This document shows, in pieces, positions 23,614-35,673 of a DNA stretch of 64,000 bases. Both the position numbers and the translations under genes were made by a program. Positions within the stretch are counted from its first letter, which is position 1. Every line of letters starts with the position of its first letter. This stretch comes from Podarcis vaucheri (lineage: Eukaryota): assembly GCA_965113315.1 (NCBI GenBank), contig OZ220369.1. The stretch is one strand, 5' to 3'. The notes beneath the pieces are model-generated. The model saw only the letters and a program-made list of their open reading frames with translations, was not told the DNA's origin and ran no database searches.

Positions 23614-25689
23614 ATTGTCCATAGTATCAGCAAGAGGGCAAGAACGAGAAGGAGAGAGAGAAATCAAAGGCAAGGGAGGGAGACAAGGCTCCCCAACAGA
23701 GGCATACATCCCTGTAAATAAGTGGATTTCAAAGGAGGAAAGATAAAGCCTTAGCTGTTTAAGTTGAAAGTCAAAGCTGAATATACAGTTAAGTCAAGCA
23801 AGGAAAGCTCTTTATTTATTTATTTTTCCTTGCTAAGGAACACAAACTCAGCCTGAATTAAGCTTTCGTATCAAAGCCCTTCCTGAACGCTCACAAGATT
23901 AATTTTCACATTTACTAGCGCCGCTCCTTACATGTTGTATTTGAGATTAAAGTACACTGATGAGGCTGACACCACTAAATGTAGGCAGGCAGCTCTTCTT
24001 TTGTTGCATTTTGGGGGCTCATCATTCCTGGTTTTAGCTACCTGTCAAGTGTGTTGTACTTAAACACAGGGATGACCCAAGACGATTTGTCGCTAAAGGG
24101 CAAAGAGTTTCCTCCCCATTGTCCTGCCTCCCATCCAACATACGCAGACAAAGGATCTTATGTGCAAGTAAGAAAAAGATCTTTATGCAGGCAAGTAACA
24201 GTACAGGCTTGGCAGCAGACACAGGGTTCAAAGGTCATGATCCAGGAGTTCAGGAGTTCAGGCAAGATGTTCAGAATTACACAGAAGCCATGGTGATGTT
24301 TCCACACCCTGCCTGCCAAGTGTTTAAAGATGAGGGGTGACACATTCACTTATGAGACTTGCTTGTTTTGCAGGCTTGCAAATTCACACTCCTCCACGCT
24401 TTGTGGTAGAGCTCCCATCTGCAAAGGTGCTGCCTGGTTCTGGGCAATAATATTTCACCCTCCTGTTCAGGCTACCTCATTCACTACTGTCTCCTGAATT
24501 TCCTGCCCACAGCCCTCCCCAGCCTCCACTGAGAGTCTCCACTGTGCCTGGAGGTTGTGAGAAGGAGCCAGCATCCCTGGAGTGCCTGTGGGTGGGGCAC
24601 AATGGGAAGAGCCCCCCTCATCCAACAACAGTTCATGCCAATTAGCGGCTCTCCCTGTTTCTTCTTCCTCCTCCTCTTGGATCAGAGTCTGACAATCCAA
24701 GCCCAACCCTGAGAGTGCTGTGAGGCTCATGACGCCCACTCCCATCACACCGTCTGGTTCAAGGCTTCCTATGACGGCTGCCTCCAGAGCCAGCCCAACA
24801 AGGAGGCAGGGTCAGGCAGCCACCTCATGCAGCACCCAAGAGAGGTGGCCCCAAGGAGGAAGAGGAACCTGGATCCCTGATGCTGCTTTACATGGTGGGG
24901 TTGCCATAGTGGCTGTGTAAAGTGGCAACAGAAGTGGGACTGTGACTTCTTTTTCTCCAGGTGCTGCCCCTTTATGAGCAGCCTTGGCAAATAGGCTTAT
25001 CATGAGGCAAAGTGAGGCAGCCAGGGCCAGCCCAATATATTTTGGCACCTGAGGTAAACAAAAAAATGTTCCCTCTTCCACCGTGCAACCTGATTGGAAC
25101 ATTTTCATGTTTGTACAGTACCAAGCACTCCCTAGCAATAATAATAATGGAGATATTTTTTGCATTTATACTGGTGTGGGACTGTGGGGAAGTGCAAACA
25201 AGTCTGGAAATATGAGAAACTGAGAGAAACCAAAACTGACATATTTCTCTATTCCTAGCTGCAGTTGTTATGAAGACCCCTGCCTGAGACTGCTGCTGCC
25301 AACTGGAATAAATCATACTGAACTGGGATAGATAGCCAAGATAATCTGACTTTGTACATGGCAGCTTCCTAACCAAGTGCCCTGAAACCTAATGGAAACC
25401 ATGTTGTTTGGGAGGTCCTCAAATACAGGAGTATCCACTGACTCCCCATCTGTCCCCCTTGTGGGTCGAAACAGCATCATACAATTCAGTTTAGATTGCT
25501 TTCCATATTTCACAGTTTCAAACCAAACCAACAATGCTTTAAAAAACCCTATTACAATCTGCTTTTTCACCAAGTGCCTGTGTTAAAATAGAAGAATTTT
25601 TCATCTCTCCATTGGACTGAGATTTTAAATTCAACAGCCATTCAGAAAAGAACGTAGAACAATATATTTCAAATTCTCTTGAAAAAGTC

Positions 25690-26100
25690 CTACATCTGTA
25701 TTAGGAGCGAGAAAACGAGGGGGGGAGGGAGAGACGACAGAACAGAACGGTGACATTTTCAAAGAGATCTTCCACAGCTATATTATCTTTTCAGTTTGAC
25801 ATATTAAATTCATCCTGAATCTCTGACCTTGTTCGGGAGCCAGAGCTGGAAATGAATATACGGATAGTCAAATAATCAACATTCTTTTAGAAGTCGCGCT
25901 TGCAAGTGCGACAGAATGAACAGATACGGCATGTGATTTACATAAAGCACAACCAGTTACTTTGGTCTTGAACTTTTCATGAGAGAAAGACATAATTTAA
26001 AATGTGATCATGAATGGCTTCTAATTAATGTGATATAAAGAGGTCATTGAAATTGATTAAGAGACATTTTATGAAAATGAAGATGCTGTGCTCTTTGAAA
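25690..26100. promoter_or_regulatory. Candidate conserved non-coding element / enhancer
   Basis: Repeat-free, CpGs retained in AT-rich context, PBX-HOX-like TGATTTAC (25934-41), TAATTA, nuclear-receptor half sites. Confidence 0.35.
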
Positions 26101-26656
26101 ATGCTCAGAGGTTCACACAAGTGTGCAGTATTTTTAAGCTTCCTGTGCAAGTATTCCTCAAACACCAGAGTAATGACTGTCCCCGGGTAGTTTCCCATCC
26201 ATCTGTTGAGATTATAAGTCCAGGAACAGAATAAATGCTCCTGTCATTAATGTTAGGCTTATACATGAAAAAGTTAGATCAGTTTCCAGTTCTCAGAGGT
26301 GGTTTACATAAATGTAAACTGCATTAAAAATTCTTTGTTGCCCTACCTTTTAAAATAATTATTCTATTCTGCTGAATGCAAAGGATGCAAAAAAAGGTCA
26401 AATAAAATGATCAGGGAGTAGAAGCATTTTCCCTAGAAGCACAGATGAAATCATTTGGATCTTTTTAGCTTAGAAAAAAATAAAACCTCAAAGGGATGGA
26501 AGTCTGGAGAAAGTGGGGAGAGTTTTTCTCCTTCTCCCAAGTAGACTTGGGAGGGTCATCCAATGAAATTGATTAGCAATAGATTAACATCTGATATATA
26601 TTTGCACAGAATTTATTGGATTCATTTCCACAAGATGTGATAATAGTTTAGCTATA

Positions 26657-26882
26657 CAGTGGTACCTCAGGTTATATACGCTTCAGGTTACAGACTCCGC
26701 TAACCCAGAAATAGTACCTCAGGTTAAGAACTTTGCTTCAGGATGAGAACAGAAATCGTGTTCTGGCTGCGCGGCGGCAGCAGGAGGCCCCATTATCTAA
26801 AGTGGTGCTTCAGGTTAAGAACAGTTTCAGGTTAAGTACGGACCTCCGGAACGAATTAAGTACTTAACCCGAGGTACCACTG
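26657..26882. mobile_element. Same TA-target MITE family, inserted in a decayed CR1 fragment
   Basis: TA-CAGTGGTACCTC...GAGGTACCACTG-TA. Confidence 0.9.
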
Positions 26883-27436
26883 TATTTAAAAAGAAAAGAA
26901 AAGAAATTCATGGAGAAGAGGCATATCAATGGCTTTTACTTATTGTGGGGAAGTATCTGATTAGCACATGTGGGAACCAGAATGTTGGGTAACATGAGCC
27001 TTTGTTCTGATCCAACAAGACTCTTATCGTGTGGTTCACTTCCAGATTTTTCTAAAATTCATTCATTTGTTTCTTTGTATATTTAATTTGTATGCCACGC
27101 TTCATCCAAAGATCTTAAAGCAGTTCACAGCATAAAAACACAGAATAAAACCACAATGTACATAATAAAAACAAGAACAACACAAAACAATAATCATTCT
27201 AGAGAAATGTTGATACGCTTTTAGGGGTGTGCAAAAGGAAAAGAATCAAAACAGGCTACTTGGAATGGATTCAGGGTTTGTCCAAGCAAAAGTGGACTAT
27301 TTCTGAAGCACCCCAAAACAGTGACCTCCAAAGTACTTCGAAGTCCTTTGATAACTGGGATGTTTTAAAAAAAACAACCCGTTTCTCCTGAAACTTGCCT
27401 TGTAAGGAAGGTACAGTTACAGTAGCACATATAGGG

Positions 27437-28370
27437 TGTGGGAAACTGGGGCAGGGTGCTATACAAGTATCAGCAACTCCCATTTATGTTTTGAGGCACT
27501 GCGTATGTCAGCAGGATGCGCATAAACCTGTCCCACTCCCTTCCGTTCTGCCCCGCCCTGTTCTGCCCCTGCCCCTCCCCCTTCCGGTGCCGAAAATTGA
27601 ATGCACGTCAGCAGTCACATGCATGCCAACCACACTCAACTTGGGAGTTGCTAGTATGCTCACTGAGTGTTCGCTGAGTGTTGAAAGGGGGGGCGAGTGT
27701 GTGAGAGTGTGGAATGGAGTATCTGGAAGGAGGCCAGGGCATGACTGGTCAGCTAGAACCATTGTAAAATGGGATGTGGGATGTAAAACTGCAGTCAAGT
27801 ACAACATTCCTACAGTGGACATGTTAGGGGATGTTTTGTACCACTCAGGAGAAGACTTTCTGTTTCCTCCTGAGCTGGGACAGACTTTCACTACATGTGA
27901 CTTGAAGAGGGTGTGTGGTCTGTTGTACTAGCACGAGGGACCACGTGGCCTCCATGTTCTGATCAGTGTGTGTTCTCCATTTTATATGTTGCTGCGTTTT
28001 TGGACAAGTGACTGCTTAGTCATAGTCACCTGGGACTAACTTCTTTATGGAATAGTTCTAGTTGTTATGTAACCTAAGTCTGCCTTCAGGGATATGTCTG
28101 TGAATCTGAAAGAATCTGTGAGTAAACTACTTTTATATTAACGTTAATCAGATTCTTGTGTTTATTCTTTTTAAGAGGGATTAGAAGGGATTTTACCAGG
28201 AAGGAATCTTTAATAGTAAGACTCAGATGAATCAGCAACTAGCTGATCGCTGCGTAATTTAAAAAGGGGGGATGTTTGGAACTCTGCTAGAATATGGAAC
28301 TTGCTAGTGCAATTTAGGAAGGATATCATTAAATAATATATCCTCTCCTTCCTTCCTAATCATCCCCACA
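27437..28370 (+). mobile_element. Possible solo LTR
   Basis: TGTGGG...CCCCACA ends, AGTAAA followed by a GT-rich tract near 28120-28170; no clear TSD, left edge uncertain. Confidence 0.4.
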
Positions 28371-29642
28371 AACTTTAATACACAAAAGTAATAGGTAAGT
28401 AATGGATGCACCCTTCAGTTGTCCAGCTATTTGTAGTCCCCATAGTTATTCATTGATTCATTCATAAATATACAGTTCTACGCAGTTCTATGAAGAGCTC
28501 CTACCACTGTACAGCTGCCACGCTTTTCACGAACTTCCACGATGCTGACCTTCCAATGTCTCAGTGCTACATGGACCCCCCCTTCAATTATTTCAAGTCC
28601 TCTCATCAGAATGTAGTAAGCTAAAGAGGTTTCATGTGATGAAGGGCAGTCTCAAAGCAGAATAAATAGATGAAAGCCTAAGCCAGCCTTTCTAAAACTT
28701 GTTTAGAAATATTTGTGCAGTTCAAAAATACCAAAAGTATTGAACGTTCATGTATTCAGCACTAGAAAATCAGGAGGAAACACAAACGCAATCACATTAG
28801 CTGAGTGAATCTGGCTCTTGTTCAACAGAGGCAGTGAACATTACAACCCCAAAGCTTTAAACAGCCATACCATACTGGGATATTGCCAGAAGATATTGTT
28901 TTTGCAAAGTATCTCATGATTATCAGTACATATTATCCCTCGGTAAGGGGAAAAACCAAACCCTTGGCAGATGTGAGGCTATATTAGGTCTCGCAATTCT
29001 ACTTCTCTCATGACCTGCCTTTTATTGGCTAAAGATGGTGAGTTAAGTCTGTCTCCAAGATGGCTATAAAAAATATAATGTTTCAATTTCTCATGGCTCC
29101 CATGTTCATTAAAGCCTTCTCTTTTTTCTCCAGCAATCTGCCTCGCTTGCAAAGGGCATTAGAAATAAAGATTGTATTTCAGCTGAAGACAGAGCGAGCA
29201 CAAAAGCTCCCCTAATTACGTTACTAATTACTTGAATAGTCCTCCATTTGACAGTATAATTACACCAAAGGAGGGTGAAATGTCTCCATTACCAGGGAAA
29301 GAACTGGAATTTGTTTTCATTCCAGAATTCATAGACTATGAATCTGGATGTATAAACTTCACATGAACTCCAAAGGGCAGACAAACTTTCTAAAAATAGC
29401 TATTTTTCAAACACATGTCTTGTAGAAAAAATAATAATTTGTGAAACATGTGCTTTTCATTAAACCCATCAGACATCTGAGCTCCAGGACCTGTTCACCT
29501 CCAACCTCTATGCTTGATTTTCACTGCTGTTCATTACAGATATTGCCCTCCTGCGTTTCGCCCATTTATAAACCATGACTGATCCAATGGGATCCTAACA
29601 TTTTCAGTACATGCATCAGACAAAAAACATTTAATGACTTGC

Positions 29643-30081
29643 TAGGGATGAGGAAGAAAATGGATTTTATTTGTATGTCCATGAGAAACTAACCAGTCTG
29701 CACTTCTCAAACCAATCCATGAACCAATACACAATTATCCTTCAAAATTCAAGCTGCTCTGATTTTTGTCATGCAGTTCTCCAGCCAAATAACATGTACA
29801 AAATGCATACACTGGGGAAAGCTGCACATAAAAAAGGAATAGCCGCACATACAATTGTGAAAACAATATGCAATAAATGTTTTATTTTTTGGGGGGGGGA
29901 TGCTTGCACAAATGTGTATATTTCTAAAAATAAAATCATCTATTTAGTGAAATTCCCACTAAAATGCTGACGAATTTTCATGAGGATTTTTTTTAATCCT
30001 CACAGATTGCTGCAGAAATGTGGAGAGCTGAATTTAAGATTGGAAAAATAAAAAACATAGAAAAACAGAAATCCATCCCTA
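29643..30081. mobile_element. Old AT-rich hAT (Ac-like TIR) MITE; decayed relatives at ~760-1140, 10800-11160, 37040-38210, 43260-43980, 59235-59610, 61330-61800
   Basis: TAGGGATG...CATCCCTA termini; degenerate 8-bp TSD tgacttgc / taactggc. Confidence 0.7.
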
Positions 30082-30501
30082 TAACTGGCACATAATTAGC
30101 ATGTTCCCCCCACCAAGGGTACGGCAACTAATTCATGATGAATTCAACTCTAGCTCTCTTTTCTTAATGAATTTTGATATATTTTGCAAAATTAGCAACT
30201 CCTTCCTAAAACTCTGGAGAATTCCTGCCTGTCAGTTTGGGCAATACTAGAAAACTCATGTAACTTCTTACACAGCTTTGTATACCTCCTGAATAGGAGA
30301 ACTGAAGCCCCACATTAGTAAAGTCCTGTTCAGCCTCCTTCTGGCTTTGGGGGTAGATAGGTGAGCTATTAATAGCATCTAGGCCAGGGGTGAGGAAGTG
30401 GAATCCAGCCAATTTGACAGCTTGGTGGGGGATACAGAGCAAAGTCTCAGAACCTAATTTGGGGAGTTTTATACTCCTGGCATCCTTGGGCAACTGCCAT
30501 G

Positions 30502-30669
30502 CAATGGCGTAGCGTGGGGGTGCAGGGGGGCCCGGCCGCACCGGGCGCAACATCTGGGGGTTAGAGTTAGGGGGCGCAAATCCACGGGTTAGGGGGCGCA
30601 AATCCATGGGTTAGGGGGCGCAAATTACTTGCCTTGCCCCGGGTGCTGACAACCCATGCTACGCCACTG
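30502..30669. mobile_element. 168-bp hAT MITE with internal 22-bp TTAGGG-containing repeats
   Basis: TIR CAATGGCGTAGCGTGGG / CCCATGCTACGCCACTG; perfect TSD ctgccatg (30494-501, 30670-77). Confidence 0.9.
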
Positions 30670-30686
30670 CTGCCATGGCCCCTATT

Positions 30687-30920
30687 GAGGAGTTTGGATT
30701 TGATATCCCGCCTTTCACTCCCTTTAAGGAGTCTCAAAGCGGCTAACATTCTCCTTTCCCTTCCTCCCCCACAACAGACACTCTGTGAGGTGAGTGGGGC
30801 TGAGAGACTTCAGAGAAGTGTGACTAGCCCAAGGTCACCCAGCAGCTGCATGGGGAGGAGCGGAGACGCGAACCCGGTTTTCCCAGATTACGAGACTACC
30901 GCTCTTAACCACTGGCTCTC
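30687..30920 (-). mobile_element. Squam3-type SINE
   Basis: Close match to 2300-2499 + 3380-3421; small deletion in the tRNA-like head. Confidence 0.8.
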
Positions 30921-31340
30921 CAGTTGCTTGAGCAGGGCCTGCTTCTAACGCTTGAAGTGCTTTTTGACTGGGTCTAGCTGCCCCGTTTAATTTTTCCAAA
31001 ATGTCTCTAGTGCAGTATCACTCAAGGGTAGTATGGGAATGCAGCTAGCCTCAGCCACTTGGTGCTTTTTGTAATGTTGCTCAGAGCATTGCTGCCTAAT
31101 AAGCCCAAGGCGGGCACAGAAGTGGAAGAGGGGTCCACAAGAGGTCACTTAGATTTTTGTGCACAGACCCCTGGGGGCTGCAGCCACGATCCTTAGCCAA
31201 ACAATGGCTTTTCCGTGTCTGCACTTGAATGCTGTATTTATGTGGCTTCTCAGCTTATACTACACGTTGCCACATTTTCAAGCTCATTGTTGCATCTATT
31301 TTATTTATTTTATTTCAATGATTTCTGTATTGCTTACTTA

Positions 31341-32631
31341 AAAAGGTAAAGGTGCCCCTGACTGTTAGGTCCAGTCGCGGATGACTCTGGGGTTGCGCGC
31401 TCATCATACTCTGTATGCCAAGGGAGCCGGTGTTTGTCCGCAGACAGCTTCCGGGTCATGTGGCCAGCATATCTAAGCTGCTTCTGGCAAACCAGAGCAG
31501 CGCACGGAAATGCCGTTTACCTTCCCACCGGAGCGGTACATATTTATCTACTCGCACTTTGAGGTGCTTTCGAACTGCTAGGTGGGCAGGAGCTGGGACT
31601 GAACAACGGGAGCGCACCCTGTCGCGAAGATTTGAACCACCAAACTTCTGATTGGCAAGCCCTAGGCTCTGTGGTTTAGACCAGTGTTTCCCAACCGGTG
31701 TTCCGCGGCACACAAGTGTGCTGTGAGATGTTGCCTGGTGTGCCGCGAGATGTTGCCTGGAGGGAGGCGGGCGAGGGCATTTGCTTCCCGGAGGACTTGT
31801 GGGAAGCCGCCCCTTCCCTGGGCGACGCGCCGCCTCGCGACTCCGGAGTCAGTCCCGAGGGCTCTCGGAGGGACTCGCGAGCGACGGCGCGGCGGCTCCG
31901 GGGCGCGCTCAGCCGGGCCGCCGCGCGCCCCCGCTGCAGCTGCCCGGCGTGGAGCGCGACGCGGAGCCGGCCGGGCTTGGAGGCGCCCAGGTAGGGCCGA
32001 GCCGGGCGGGGGCAGGGAGGTCTCTGTCTGCTGCGGGCGCAGGAGGGCGAGCGGGAGAGGGGGAGCCGTCGGGTCTCCTGGAAGGAAGCGAGGCGGTGGC
32101 TGAGGGGGATGCAGCCCCGTCCCAAGCAACAGGCGCTCCTCGAAGTGAGGCCACAAGTCGGGGCTCGGACAGGGCCTGGAAGCAGCGGCTCCGGCTCTTG
32201 GGAGCGGAGAAGGGGACTTCGAAAGCGGCCTGGAGGAGAAAAGCCCCGATGCAGCGAGAGCGGGGAGCGTGCTGCCTTGTCCAGGCCTCCTCGCTTTGTG
32301 CCGTCCGCTGCCGGGAGCAGGACACGGGGGCTCCTCGTTCGCATGCTTTCCCGGATGATCGGTGAGGGTTAGGGTTAGGGTTAGGGTCCCTCAGTCCCTT
32401 GCTTTGCTGCCTCCTCCCCCCCACCCCCAAAGCTTGGAGGTTCCCTGGCAAGGGGGAGGGAAAAAAATTGAAAACTTTCACTTTCGTGCGTCCCTCCCGG
32501 CGTGACGCTGCGCGCTGACGTCACGGGGCTGTAATGGTGGTGTGCCGCGAGATTTTTTTCATCAAACAAGTGTGCCTTTGCCCAAAAAAGGTTGGGAAAC
32601 ACTGGTTTAGACCACAGCACCAACCGCATCC
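31341..32631 (-). mobile_element. Sauria SINE split by a hAT insertion
   Basis: SINE body 31341-31681 and 32605-32631; TSD ctgtattgcttactta (31325-40, 32632-47). Confidence 0.92.
31682..32604. mobile_element. 923-bp non-autonomous hAT (Charlie-like) element with CpG-rich interior
   Basis: 15-bp TIR CAGTGTTTCCCAACC / GGTTGGGAAACACTG; perfect TSD gtttagac (31674-81, 32605-12); subterminal GTGTGCCGCGAGA motifs. Confidence 0.95.
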
Positions 32632-34244
32632 CTGTATTGCTTACTTACAATAGCCTAAAGCAAACAACAACAACAGAACTCAGTACAAAAAAAAACCTGT
32701 TATAATTATAAAATCAGAATTCAGTTAAATGCTGGCTGGAATTTTTTAAAAAAAATATACTCCAGTATGCACTGGAAGTTCAACAGGGAGAAAACCTGTT
32801 TTGCCTCAACTGGCAGGGAGTTCCATAAAATCAGGTCCACAATATGGAATGTGCAGTGCCTGGTTAATACAAGACTTGCATCTGAGCCATGGGGGACCAC
32901 AAACAGTGACTCATGTGAAGACCTCAATGACTGAGCGGGGATAGAATAATGTACTTTTAAGGGAAATTGCCCCAAACGGCCAACCTGAGTTTCCATACAT
33001 TTTTAGCAATTTCCATCCAGATACTACTTTGACTACACTGTTCCATATATGTCTGGAAAATTTTGACATTCGGCAACCCTAGGATAGTGGAACCTTTGGC
33101 CTTCTGTATGTTGTTGAACTACAAGGTCCGCCAGCCATAGAATGAATGGCCAATGGCCAGGGAAATTGGGAGTTGTAGTTCAGCAACATCTGAAGGGCCA
33201 AAGGTCCCCCACACTCGTAATAATGGACATAATCTATAAAGGCGTTAGGGAATGTCAAGATGATACATGCAATATTTAGTACTTGGTGGAATCACAGGAT
33301 GTGTGGACTCTACATGGCTCTGATGTGAAAACCCACTTTGGAAAAGTAGTTCCAGGCAGCAGCATTAAGCTAGATCATAAACCACAAATCAGCAACATTT
33401 GCGCACACAAGAATTTTACCTATTTTTCACCAGCCAAACAGCAAAGCTGCCTCCAAAGCTGCTGCAATATACCAAATTCCATGTGAATGCCCCACTGAAG
33501 CAAGACTATTATTAAGAATCTGTTTTACATTAGTAGCAGGATCTCCAACCCACTTACATTTTTCTCCTGCTGAGCTGACAACCTCCATCAACACCGGCCT
33601 GTCTGCACATCTAACATCAGGAAACACCTAACATAGCTATAATAAATTCAAGCCTTTAGACTCCATCCTGCCCAGCGGCATATAAATCAGATTCAAACTT
33701 TTGAACTGTGTTTATTTTTTCACCAGGGGGAAAAAACCCCTCCTCTTATTTGTTCAGATATGCAATGACTGACCAAATTGAAATACTAGAAAAATACAGC
33801 CTGCTTTGAAGAGAGTCCAGCATAAGGCACTGAAACATATCTGGCTATTACTAAGAAAATGGATACACATCTCAGGAATTTGTACCAATGATTTTAAATT
33901 AAATATGATTTGCTTTCTAAGCATGGGATCTAAGAGTTTATTGTTCCATTCTTGGAGGAACACAGGAGAAATATTTTTTGCCACAGTGCAGCAAAAATGG
34001 GAGGCATCTAGCAAGAGTTGTTCCATAGTGTCTGCCCCTAAATAACAGAATGACAAAATGTTTAAATGAAAGCTGCAGACGAGAGGAGGACATCTGTGCC
34101 TCAGTAAAAATAGTACAACAGACCAGTCATCAAAAATATCTGGAGGGTTCCCATCAACCACAGCTGAGGCTGATGCAGGTTGTAGTCCAAAGTGTCTGGA
34201 GGGCACCAGATTGGTAAATGGGATCATCTTAATAGATGGTCCTG

Positions 34245-34959
34245 GTTGCGGGCAGGCTCTCAACCTGGTTCCCCCCACCCAGGGCTATTGCCCAATCATG
34301 TCAAAGGGTGATAGTGGGGGGAAGTATAAAAGCAACAGCGCGACATGTGCATGCCTCCTGCTTCGCGCTGCTGAAGACCCGCCCACCCTCCCTTTAATTT
34401 AGATCCTTTGGCCTTGCTTTGGACTTTGGTTGGTAGCCTGGCTTGAGTCAGGGACCAGGTAAATTTGTCCATTTGGCAAACTGGCATGGGCCACTTGGTT
34501 TTTGCCTACCTCTTAGCAATCGTCACAGCTTTGTAAGGTTTGGCGGTTAGGCATTGGCTTATGGTGAATGCGGGAGGGGAGGTCGACCATCACCTGCCCC
34601 TCCAGTTTCAAGGGTATTCCGTTAAAGGAAGCCGGGGCCTGGTTTCTGTCTGAAGTCCACTTGAAGGGTGAGGGTCATGCCAGGCCTCCGGGAACACCGG
34701 GGGAGATGCAGGTGGGTTCCCCCGAAGCAATTTCCCTTTGGGTGGTTTACCCTTACAGACTCCCTGCAAAGGGGACAGGAGTCAGATATAGTCTTGCCAA
34801 TGCCTAAGCCAATACCGCTCTCATTCCTGTAATCAATAAAGCTGTGGCCAAATTGTTGCCCTTAAACAAAACCTTAAAAAACCTTAAACAAAATATCCGT
34901 GTCCATGTGAATTTATTTATCCTAACGGGGGGGTCGGCTTGAGGGTCTTGCCATGCAAA
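34245..34959 (+). mobile_element. Structured LTR-like dispersed repeat, copy 1 (possibly a solo terminal repeat of a DIRS/Ngaro tyrosine-recombinase retroelement)
   Basis: Colinear conserved blocks with 37256-38057; TATAAAA ~34325; AATAAAGCTGTGGCC ~34835; self-complementary ends; no TSD. Confidence 0.6.
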
Positions 34960-35177
34960 GGCTGCAACAGACATTTTCCAACATGCACACGGTTTGAGGC
35001 TTTTTAATAGGGAAGTTTATGTTTATATCTGTCCGGTGATCAGTTGACTGAAAGCTAGACAAATTTATATCCAATTAAGGTCTACTCACAGTAAACCCAT
35101 TGACAGTAATGAGCATGACTAACTTGGCCCCATTAATTCCTGAACAAGAATAGCATTGGCTGCCATCCAAAAGCTCA

Positions 35178-35298
35178 GCCAAGACTCTTAATTTCAGGGC
35201 AGTGGGTTCGAGACCCACGTTAGGCAAAAGGTTCCTGCATTGCAAGATCCACATGGTCCCTTCGAACACTACAGTTCTCTGATTCTCTGATTCTCTGA
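35178..35298 (+). mobile_element. tRNA-Lys-derived short SINE with CR1-type tail
   Basis: AGACTCTTAAT..CAGGG..GTGGGTTCGAGACCCACGTT (tRNA-Lys 3' half) then GGTCCCTTC..AC..TAC and (ATTCTCTG)n tail. Confidence 0.75.
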
Positions 35299-35359
35299 CC
35301 CTCCCACACATCGGTTGTAGGAACAGATGGAGCTCAAATGGGAAATGGACAAAACTGAC

Positions 35360-35425
35360 TACAAGTGGAGAATGTTCAATGCATAAAACAATACAAGTGG
35401 AGAATGTTCAATGCATAAAACAATA
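35360..35425. repeat. Perfect 32-bp tandem duplication
   Basis: tacaagtggagaatgttcaatgcataaaacaa x2. Confidence 0.95.
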
Positions 35426-35488
35426 TAGCAACAGGCCATTGCAGTCTTCAAATGCCACCTATGGGGAGTAAAACAGATGTGCCTTAAA

Positions 35489-35673
35489 GGGGAAGGGCCA
35501 TAGCTCAGTGGTAGAGCACATGTTTTGCATGCAAAATGGCCCAGGTTCAATTCCTGGCATCTCCAGGAAGGGTTAGGAGAAATTCATGAACCCCTGGAAT
35601 GCCTCTGACACTTACTGTTGACTATACTAGGTAAGATGGACCAATGGTCTGACTCAGTAGAAAGCAGATTCCT
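35489..35673 (+). mobile_element. tRNA(Ala/Cys-like)-derived SINE
   Basis: A box TAGCTCAGTGG, B box GGTTCAATTCC, then GATGGACCAATGGTCTGACTCAGT body shared with other copies. Confidence 0.8.

Noticed and set aside
27395-27931. 178-aa ORF
   Set aside because: No recognisable motif, non-ATG start, lies in an LTR-like repeat.
30564-30629. CRISPR-like or true telomeric array
   Set aside because: Contiguous tandem units without unique spacers, inside a eukaryotic MITE; too short and interrupted for a telomere.
31662-32481. Overlapping 140-220 aa ORFs on both strands
   Set aside because: Stop-codon scarcity in GC-rich transposon cargo; no domain; frames cross TIRs.
35495-35565. tRNA gene
   Set aside because: Acceptor stem does not pair and it continues into a SINE body seen in several copies.
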